A program made the position numbers and the translations under genes. The notes under the pieces are model-generated. The model saw only the letters and a program-made list of their open reading frames with translations, searched no databases and had not been told where the DNA came from. From Rhynchopus sp. YZ270_cl-10 (taxonomy: Eukaryota): 64,000 bases of DNA. The stretch covers positions 1,674,001-1,738,000 of the forward strand of contig OZ037836.1 of assembly GCA_964035575.1 (NCBI GenBank), in the 5' to 3' direction. Shown in pieces: positions 22,256 to 32,209 of the stretch (positions are counted from its first letter, which is position 1; each line of letters opens with the position of its first letter).

Positions 22256-24703
22256 TGGTGTGTTCCGGGGTATCGGAAAATACAAATTTTCACCAATCTT
22301 CACCAATCTTCACCAATTTTCACAAATTTTCACAACATAAGTTTTGGCCATTTTTTTGTGAAGAATTGTGAAGAGTTGTGAATAGTTGTGAAAAGTTGTG
22401 AAGAGTTGTGAATTGAAATGAAAATTTGGATGAAAAAAACACAGATGTTGTGAAGAGTTGTGAACAGTTGTGAAGAGTTGTGAATTGGAGGGAAAAAAAG
22501 GGGGGTGTTTTTTTCCAGGGGTTTTTGCAGGACTGGTCAGGTAAAGTGTGCTGTGCAGAGGGCTAGCTAGCCTGGGTCCGTGGGTCAAGCTGACCGTACC
22601 ACCCCACCCCCTGTGCGGAGGAGGACGACGGAAGTCCGCGGCGTGTTCGTTTGTTGCCTTTTTTTTTCAACATGTTCGCAACTCTCAAGAAAGTAGCGTA
22701 CCGTGCGCCTGCGACGCAGCTAAAAATTACGAGCGGTAGCCCACAGCTCTACCCGAAATGTTGCGTACCGTGGCTTCGCTAGAAAAGTTTTGTACCAGTG
22801 GCACTACCACTTTTCCCCCTGTTTTTTGTACCGTTTTACCCAAAACACAGCTGGGCACAACTAGCACCCTACTCACCTGAACTGTGCCTTTATTAGGCAC
22901 AATTTCAGCACACTTTCAGCACAAGTACACACAATTAACCACAATTACACCTAAGTTGCTCTGGGGGAAATAATGGTACACCACCCGACAGGACTACTGT
23001 ACTGTACTGTACTGTACTGTACTGTACTGTACTGTACTGTACTGTACTGTACTGTACTGTACTGTACTGTACTGTACTGTACTGTACTGTACTGTACTGT
23101 GCAGAAATTTGACAGACTGCACTGCCCTATACACAGACTTTCTGGATTCCAAAGTCGAATTTCTTGTACTAGCTATGCTCCCTGGTTAATGGCTATAGCG
23201 ATGTGCCTCTTATTGACCCTCTTATAGGACTCGAATTGTGCTCTAACTGCCGAATGCTCTAATTAGAGTCTGATTAGAGCGCAATGCATATTTAACCGGT
23301 GTTTAAAAACAAGGAGCCAGACAGTTCACCTTCGGGCATAAGGCGTGCCCCGGCAGAATATCGTTTTGATCCCGTTAACTACGGTGCCACAGTTGGCCCA
23401 GCTGGTCACTTTATTCCAAGGAAGTCAAAAAACCGTGAATGAGGGAACGATAAATAAGGGTAACTGAAGGGGGAAATTGAATTTTGATGAGCCCAAAAAC
23501 AAGGTTTTATTGTCCCGTTGTCAAAATCTCTGCCCACACCCACTCCCCGAGAGAACCAACAATTCTCTAGCTGACTTCTTTAATAATCCCCACCAAAAAG
23601 GCGGATAAGACGAAAGGAGACGAAGTAACCGCCAAGGACTCACCAGTGCGTCGATCCAAAAAGAGGTCCATCATGTGTGAGAGATGCAAAACAACCACCG
23701 CCATAATGGAATTAACCTGTAGGTTAACCTCACACAGGACAGTCTCGTCGCCCACAAAGGTCAATATTACACTCCGGATTCTGGGGACAATTTTTGGCCG
23801 AAAATGGGCCGCCTATTAGTGACCGGGCTCATATTTTCCGAAAGGGTAAATTGCGATAACACGTATACTTTTTTTTTTTTGATTTGCGATAACACGTACA
23901 CAAAAAGTATACGTGTTTTCGCGAATAAAAACGTAAGTGTTTTCCCAGGTACCCAAGTACACAGGTACACAGGTAAGTCGTCACACAGACAACCACAGCC
24001 AACCCGCCAGTCACTGAAAAGTGACCAGACAGTCCACTTGACAAATACAAAGTGTCCACGTGGGGCATTCATGCACTGAGGAGATAATGATCCAACAATT
24101 TACAAGAAAACATTACTTAACCTACTGCTGGAAATTGCCAGGTCGTAGTAACACACAAAGTGTGCCTCCGTTCGGGAATACCGGATATTCTAGAGACCAA
24201 AAGGCCTCTTCCGCTAGTCAAGGTATAACCGAATGAACGGCCCAAGACCCCCGTGGAGAAGTTAAATGTTGTAATGCTATCAAGTACAAACTGCGACCAC
24301 TGTCTTACCCTCCTCAATGCATGGTGGTTGATGTCTTTGACAACAAATATCCTGTAGCCAGGTACCCAGGTTCCCAGACCCACGCAGTGGCACATTACCG
24401 CAAGTGTGAGTGACCCACACAGACGGAATGTCCAACCAACGTCCTCCAAAAGGTGTCCTGTACCTACCTGGGTACCTGGGTGCCCAGGCACCACCCAGAC
24501 TTCGCCACTTCACAACTCTTCACAACTCTTCACAACTCTTTACAACTCTTCACAACTCTTCACAACTTTTCACAACTCTTCACAACTCTTCACATACACG
24601 TTTTTGTGAAAATTTGTGAAGAGTTGTGAATAGTTGTGAAGAGTTGTGAAGAGTTGTGAATTGAAATGAAAATTTGTATTTTTCGATACCCCGGAACACA
24701 CCA
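22256..24703. mobile_element. TGGTG...CACCA element with 5-bp TSD (copy 2, 2448 bp, mosaic interior)
   Basis: About 35-bp TIR tggtgtgttccggggtatcg(g/a)aaaatacaaattttca. TSD attga at 22251-22255 and 24704-24708. Empty site cgattgacatttacattcc at about 6675-6693. (TTCACAACTC)n subterminal arrays. Confidence 0.9.
22995..23100 (+). repeat. Pentamer microsatellite (TACTG)n, about 21 copies
   Basis: Uninterrupted 5-bp periodicity. Confidence 0.97.
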
Positions 24704-24733
24704 ATTGATATTTACATTCCTACAGATGAAAGA

Positions 24734-24984
24734 CCCCACTCCTGTCACCAATGACGTCAGGCCAGTGTCCTAAACGATGCTGCCACACCCTGAGGGGGAG
24801 GTGTGCTGTCTGTAAACTCTGTGTGGCAACAACGGGGAGGTGACCTCCGTATATCGGCAACCCGCACGTCCTAGATGTGAAAAACGGCACCAGCCGGGAC
24901 ACGGTCCCGGGTTTACTCTGGATAGAACAAAAAAAAGAGCAGCCACACTGCTTCGGCAGCGCTAAAGAGACGAGAGTAAATACC

Positions 24985-25013
<29 letters not shown>
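24734..25013 (+). mobile_element. Poly(A)-tailed SINE-like retroposon (~255 bp body plus tail)
   Basis: Absent from the homologous site gatgaaagaacaaga at about 6698-6712. Starts cccc and ends in an A-run at 24989-25016. TSD aaaga at 24729-24733 and 25014-25018. ctgc-ttcg-gcag hairpin near the 3' end. Confidence 0.85.
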
Positions 25014-25020
<7 letters not shown>

Positions 25021-26616
25021 AAGACACCACTTCTGTACCCGCGCATCAACATTTGTAGAAAACTTTGCACCCGAAACACCTTTCAATAATGCCCGCCAAA
25101 AGGCGCCCCTTGTTGCTGGGAGTTTCTCATGTTTGATACCTGCACAGCAGGCATTCCTCTGAGTCCAACGCTGCTTGGCCTGTCTGCGGCGTTGCACCGA
25201 AGGTGCACATAGAGTTTTTGCATCGCATTCCCTAATGTATGGGGCACTCACACTTGAGGGCCTGTGCCACTGCGCGGGTCTGAGTACCTGGGTACCCATA
25301 GCTGAGAATAAGCCGGGTCCCGAGTCCCGGTACTGGGTACTAGGTACAGTAGGACTAGGACTAGGCCCCCACCCTCCCGCGACCGGGTCCCCGACCCGCT
25401 TTCAGGCGGACCACAGCGCCTTCACATATTGTGTCCCAGTCCGGCTGAGAACTCGGTTCCCCAAGTCTTATTTTCAGCTATGTGGGTACCTGGGCACCTG
25501 GGTCCTACAGAGGAACCTTAGGGGAACCGGTTCCTTACGGCGTTTGCACCTACAAGAAGCCTGTTGTTTTACTCTAATTAGACTATAATTAGAGTGTAGT
25601 TAGAGTCTAATTATGCTCTAACTGCACTCTAATTATAGTCTAATTGAAGAAAAGCGACTCTAATTATACTCTAACTGGACTCTAACTGACTTGGCCCAAA
25701 ATCCCAGACTCTAATTATACCCTAATACTCTAATTAGAGCGCTATGTATATAAATAGTACATGTAAATAATTATCACTCATGTATTGTTTACATTTTCCA
25801 CACCTCCCCTGTAGGGTAACCGAAGGTGAAGTGAGGTATAGTATTGAAATTGATGTGGGTGAAGGGTCAATTTTACAAACCCGGATTTTGTGAAAATTTT
25901 TGGCCGAAAATGGGCCCCACCTAGTGACCGGGCTCATATTTTCCAAAATTTACGTGGTCAAAAAATTGTCCAATTTTCAACATCGACCCCACCACTTTCT
26001 GGACAGATTCCGGAAATGCCAAAAAATTGTGTTTTGGGTCACGAATCCGCACCCCGTCACAAAAAACCGGCACAAAAAAAGGGTGGGGGAAATAAATAAT
26101 TCGAATGTAAATAGTAATTGGATGTAAATAATAGCTGTGAATAATTATATGTAAACAATAGCTGTATGTAAACAATAGTTGGGAGGGGGGTTTAAAAGAA
26201 AAGCAGCAAAGAAGCCTGCTGTAAATAATGAGCGCGTGTGTATGTGTGACCATGTATTGCTGATGCATCTTTCAAGCATTCTTTTGTCGTTTGTTTTTTA
26301 TATTTTTTCAATTTTTTATGGGAGGAAAAAAGCACATTTTTTTTTTTTTTTTTGGAAGTATCTCAATAATACGAACCGACGATATGAACAGTTTTTTTCT
26401 TTTTTTTTTTTCCCATCTCATCTTTGCAACGGTATTCGCGAAACCCGTAAACTCGAGTTTTTGTGGGGCACTTCGAGGCTTTTGCTGAGGATTTTCTTTT
26501 CTTTTCTTTTTTTGTGATTGTGTCCCTCCTCCTATGCTATTCAATTTATTGATTGCATGGTATTATGTTGAAAATTCAGAAAATACTTTTTTTTTTTTTT
26601 TTTTTGTGATTGTCAT

Positions 26617-27258
26617 CAGGGTAGTAGCTTGAAAGGTGCACTTTTCAAATGTTGCTGGTTTGCTGGTTTGGAAAAATTTTTTCCCCGGTTGAAAGCGGTC
26701 GTCGCGCGCTTCGCGCGCGCCTCCCTGCCAACCACTAAGTGGAGAGGCAAAGGGTAAATTTTGCGAGACAACAAAGAAAATGGAATATAATCCTGTGTGT
26801 ACGGAGCTTGGTCTTGCACCTTCCACTAACCGTACGAAGTCAATACGTCTTCCAGAAGCAGGGGCCGTTGCAACGGTGGGTCATTTTGAAAAAATGGTCA
26901 ACTTTTTGCAGCTTTGGTCAAGTTGCATTTGCGGCTGCAAAATGCAAGGGGATTCCCTAAGACATTGTAAACTCTATTTTTTGCGGAGCAAAAAATTAAT
27001 ATAAAGTGGCGCCGCAGGCGAAAAAAAAATTAGGGCATAGTGCAAAACATGCAGCTTTTTACACCACAGAGTCACTTAATGAACCCTTTTTAGGGGTTCG
27101 CTTACGTGTGAGGCTTTCTTCTGTGAGTGGGAAAGTGATGCGGGGGAGGCGAAAAACTGAATCCCGAATCCCACTTTTTTTTTTTTATTTTTCCCCAAAC
27201 CAGTAAACCAGCTCGTTCTGGTTTTGAAACCAGTAAAAGTACCCAAGCTATTTCCCTG
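26617..27258. mobile_element. hAT MITE with canonical 8-bp TSD
   Basis: Imperfect TIR cagggtagtagcttg / caagctatttccctg. TSD attgtcat at 26609-26616 and 27259-27266. ctggttt / aaaccag subterminal motifs. Confidence 0.9.
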
Positions 27259-29010
27259 ATTGTCATTTTTAGATCACATAGAACTATAGGAACATAGCTG
27301 CCTACTCCAGGGTCTGATCTTGGCCCTGTAGTAGATACGGCAAATGAAAAAGAAAGGGGAATTTGAACATAACAAACGAACTTCGGCTGAGAAGACAACA
27401 TTGTGCTTCCCTGCCATTCCTTTTCTCATCATTCTTTATTTCATTTATTTCCCCCTTCCCCCTCCCCCCTCTGGAAACAAAGTGTGAATCGAAACCGGGA
27501 TTTAAAAAAAGGCGGAAAAAAAAAAACAGTATCAGAAGTGAATGAGAGACGTAAATACCTGGTGTACAAAAAGAAACAAAACGGCTTCGGTCACGATTAA
27601 GTGCAGACCACGATTATGTCATTCAAGTGATTGTCGACGAAAAATGGGCAAAAAAAAAAACAGTATCAGAAGTACCATTTGGTCAGCAATGTTATTTCAA
27701 TGACACAAGGTGGGTGACGACACCACCCCTTTTTTTTCAGTTGTGTGCGCACGTTTGGGAAAAGGCAACTTACTCTTAAGCCCAACAAACCCTACGAACT
27801 CCATTTTCTTGGAGCTTCCAGGACCGTACATGCTCCGTTCCCGAAAAAAAAGGAATGGTAAAAAAGTTATCAAAAAACAAAAATAAAAAGAAAACAAAAA
27901 CAAAGAAACACCCGCGTTGAGATCACTTTGATACCACTTTTCCGTTTTGATTATATTGTTTGATTTTTTTTTGATTTTTATTTCATTTCTCCCTCCTGAG
28001 ATGTCTGCGCACATTTCCTCCACCCCAAAAAACAATAATTAAAAATTGCTGTTGTTTCAACAAATTTAAAAGACGGGAAAGTAAAATCATCGTCCGGCCC
28101 CCATTTTTTTTGACTATTTTCTCACTCTCACTCTCTTCATTTCTCTTCTAAAAACGGTTAGCGTACTCGACAGCAGCTTGGGTAGCTCGATAGAGTGAAA
28201 TCATTGCCCATCTGTGTATGTGTGTGTCCACAGCTACACGTATTCTATTCTTTCCAAGCTCCCCCCACCCCCCGATATTTTCGCTGCATCTTTCAGTGCG
28301 AAAAATAAATAGGGCACCATTATAGGAGTCAGTCGGAGGTGTGCCTGCATTATTAGCTTTTCCATTTGTTATGTTTTTAAATGGGAGTTTTTATTTGTCG
28401 CTGCAAACGGCTGATACGGGGTTTTTTATATGAGGTCAAAATACTTTGTGGTGGGAAATGATTAAAACATCTGAGACTCGTTGTTTATTCCCTTCCCCTA
28501 TTATTGTGCACTCTAAGGGTTTTTTTCCCTTTTGACATTCATTTCTGGACGTTTTGCGTATGACGTGGGCAGCGTACCAACAAAAGATGAAAGGGGTTTT
28601 TATTATTTCCAGAAGTTGGAAAACTTTTCAAAATCTAGAGCGTACAAAGTCATCGAGCAAAATGGTACTCGATCTCTCTATCCACAGCACACCCCGTTTT
28701 TTTCCCCCCCACCCTTTTTCCCCCACCTCCCCGATAGCAATTACCTGTTTTTTTTGGTTATCCAGTCAGTGTGTTTCTCCCCTTCCCCCGCGAACTTATT
28801 CTTTGGTGGGGGTTGGGGGGGTATAAAGTACCTTTAGGAACATGCACAGTACTTGGACGATTTTACAGACTCCCCCTCCCATGTTTTCTTCCCTCGTGTG
28901 AACCCATTCCTCTCCAAATCTCTGTATTGTGCAAAATGAAGATCATTTATTTACTTCTTCCGAAGCTTGCTTTAATAGTATCACCAAGGGTACAGCCAAA
29001 ATCAATTTTA

Positions 29011-29087
29011 CCCCGCATATAGGCGCGTATGGGGAGCCTGTACGGACCTATACGGTCCGACGCGCCTTTAAGCGCCTGTACGCGGGG
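29011..29087. mobile_element. 77-bp TA-flanked fold-back mini-MITE
   Basis: ta|ccccgcatataggcgc ... gcgcctgtacgcgggg|ta, with an internal cggacc/ggtccg hairpin. Confidence 0.6.
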
Positions 29088-29759
29088 TAAAAATCAGGTG
29101 GTCAACAAGCATAGCTTAAAGGAGAAATATTTTCCTCTAGAAACGGTCGCCAATAACCCACCCCCGCTCCAACAGGGTAATTGAGCAATCAACGGGAAAA
29201 AAAAAATTCTTTTACTGCCTATCAGAGTTGCTATTCTTTTAGTTTTGAAGCCAAACTTATCCCTAGAAAATCCCCCATGATTGATAGTGTGTATGAACCC
29301 GAGGTTTCCTGCTGGAGTTACGTTGGGAAAAAGAAGTTATCCCAATCCCAGCTTTCAGAAGGGGAAAAAGAACATCAAAATTAGGAGGGGAAAATGTTTT
29401 TTTTCCGTTTTCCCCCCCCTCCACACAAAAGGTTCAGTGTGTGTTTTTGTTTATCGTGTGTTTTAGACTTTTTTCTGTTTGTTTTTAAAGAAGAAAGGTG
29501 TTGACTGAGTGTGGGGATGCGTTCAAGAATTATACTCTTCCCCCCAAACCCCTTTTCGTCTTTGTGTTTCTTTATCCAAACGGCGTGGATGCGTAATAAT
29601 GATTTGAAGATGGTGTTCCTGCATGAGGTATACATTCATCTGACACGCCCCGTCCCCCCCCCTACCATTGTTTTGTTTTAAATATACACGGTGGAGCTCT
29701 TTTTGGAAAAGGACAACTTAACCTGAGGTTGAACAGGGGGGAGGGGGGGGTCCCAGTCA

Positions 29760-30558
29760 CATACTGTGCAGGCGAGCCGTTTTTAGGCGAGTTTTTCGTT
29801 TTCCTGATTTTCAGGAAAAACTCGCCAAAAACTCGCCCTACTCGCCCATTACTCGCCAAAACTCGCCAAAACTCGCCTAAACTCGCCTAAACTCGCCCCA
29901 ATTTGGGTGCAAATCCTGGTGCACATACGCACCTTGGGGGTGAAAATGTGCACCAGGATGTGAAAATGGAGGGCGGGGGTGACTGATGACAACATGCCAC
30001 TCGAAAACACACAAAAAAAATTGAAATTGTGTCACTTGTACGTCTAACGGCAACCATGTCACGGCAGTGGCTGACAGGCATGTATGTAAACATTTGCTCC
30101 AGGGGAAGATCCAGGCGTGCCATAGATCCCGGGGGACAAGACGTGCTACAATCCGGAGGATGACGAAGACATGAGCCGGGGCTACACTCGCTATACAATA
30201 ATGTCCTCGCCATGCCAGTAAATGGCAACCCTGCAGGCCACCCCTTGGCGGTATTCCCCCACGACTACATCGCACCGATCTGTGCAAGCTTCATTGATCC
30301 GCAGAAGCTACAGCTGGACTGGTGGTACTGGTTGTGGAAGCCTACAAAGCAAACTGTAGAGGTCTTGTTCAAGTGGAACGAAAAAAATTTTCTCTTCAAA
30401 ACTCAAATTTCCCTCATATTTTCGTGTGTACACTTTTCCCAAGGTAAAATCCCTACCCAAAAAAAAAAACTCGCCAAAACTCGCCCCCCAAAAATGGGCG
30501 AGTTTTAGGCGAGTTTTTGGCGAGTAGGCGAGTTTTTTTTACTCGCCCGCACAGTATG
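29760..30558. mobile_element. Non-autonomous TIR element with (aaactcgcc)n subterminal repeats
   Basis: catactgtgcaggcgag / ctcgcccgcacagtatg inverted termini and many ggcgagttt / aaactcgcc motifs at both ends. No TSD identified. Confidence 0.7.
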
Positions 30559-31674
30559 CCTAGGGGGGGGGGGGGGGGGGGGGAGTATCGTTGGGAGTAT
30601 AAACTCCCCCCTTTTCACTTCCCGAAAGAGGGGGGGGTTGATCCTCCCCCCATTTCGGAACTCCGGAATAAAGTTGCCCCTTCCCAGAAAGAGTCCACCG
30701 TGTACCAGACATCGAAGGATGTGGAATCGCCACTTCTGTGAAATGTCTTGTGCAGCATTTTTGGAACCATGTTCTAGAAACGGCATTGGTTTTGTTTGTT
30801 TGTTTTTTTTTTTTTTCGGACCCAACATTACAGGATTGTCCCTGTGTTCGCAATGATCCCCCTTTCATCTGAGTGCAAGCGGGAGGGTAGCACATTTCAG
30901 ATGTAAACCACGAAATGGATGTAGGACTGCATGGCTGGGTGTCCACCCCCCCCGGTACAGCCGGTCAACCAAGGTACACTGTTCTTTGTATTTCAACTCA
31001 ACTTTTTTTTCTTTTGTTCCCCCTGCAGCTGCGGGTCTATGCTTCTTATAAGGCATGTATGCATTTCTAAGGAAATTTTTCAGTAGCCACGAGTCGTCTT
31101 TGTTTTCTTTATCCAAACGGCAAGTGGATGCGTAATAATTTGTGGCTAACACTGCCCCTGAACGACGCGTCTGCGCCGCAGAGGGTGGTTCCATGCATAT
31201 CATAGAACCTGGCACCTTTGTGTGCCTCCCGCAAGACATCTATCTAAAAAAAACAGTACAGTGGGGATTTGCACAACTGTGGCAACACAACCGAGGCAAC
31301 TACACTACTCCAACAATTTATCAAAAAAAAAAGCTAGTTTCGAGTGTGAAATGTTTCTCCATGTATTGCACGGAAAACAATATGACAAACAGGTGCAGGG
31401 TGGTTCCGTGCATATCATAGAACCCGGCACCTTTGTGTGTCTCCCGCAAAACCAAAAAGCGTTGTGTGTGAAGTTTTGAAAAATAAAAAAAGTAAAAGCA
31501 CTTTCATTGGGTTGATTGATGATATGGATACCTGTTAAATTTTTTATTTCGTCTTTCGGGATACTTTGTACAGAGCCCCTAGGACAAGAGGTGACTGTCA
31601 ATGATGCTACCAAAAAATGCGCGGAGTTCACACGAAAAAAAAGCGAGGTGTCAACACGTTATCAATTATTCAAA

Positions 31675-32209
31675 ATTATTCAAAAAAAGAAGAAGAAGAA
31701 AAAAACTGAAACACGCTCACCCATTCAATTTGTCGTCAGATTTTGCAACACAGCCTGCAGAAATTTTACGCACAGTACTTTTGTTGAGCGGAAAGTGTCA
31801 CGTCGTTCGCTCAACCCGACCGTGCTCCGTAGCCGCAGCACCCTGCAAGGTGTGGAGAGGGGGTGTGTGGGTGCGTATCCGAAGATTTCACCCGCTTCAG
31901 TTTTAGTGTTCGCTGTGCATCATCACCATCGAAGGAATGCGTATTTCATTTGCCGGATGTATTGACGATTCGCTCCTTTTGCTTTGCATTACTCGAACCC
32001 ACCCCAACTTGTTCCCCACCCCACCCAACCCATATCCATCATTCCACCATCAGGACCCAAGCCAGAGCAAGAGAGAGAGAAAGAGAGACGAAAGGAAGCG
32101 TCAAGCCGGGTGTGTGTCTTGGTGTCTTTGCCCTTGGAGGGTAGACACGAAGCAGCAATGCCGAGGTTGATGTACATGCGCGAGGTTGTGCTGCTGTCTG
32201 CTGCAGTGG
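31675..32209 (+). repeat. Duplicated 5' flank plus signal-peptide segment; second copy at about 35184-35772
   Basis: Highly similar from attattcaaaaaaagaag / ctcacccattcaatttgtcgtcaga through atgccgaggttgatgtacatg...ctgctgcagtgg, apart from short indels and a 60-bp insertion in the second copy. Confidence 0.93.

Larger units (their letters stand above)
20653..26192. mobile_element. 5.5-kb non-coding composite TIR element hosting at least three nested insertions
   Basis: taaacccccctcacagctattgtttacata (20651-20680) matches the reverse complement of 26165-26194 at 28 of 30 positions; possible TA TSD. Inverted ctctaattagag-rich subterminal blocks at about 20745-20875 and 25570-25750. Confidence 0.65.

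Noticed and set aside
23590..23725. Zinc-knuckle-like peptide (CERCKTTT..H...TC), possible transposase C-terminal remnant
   Set aside because: Needs two frameshifts and non-canonical spacing; too weak to call.
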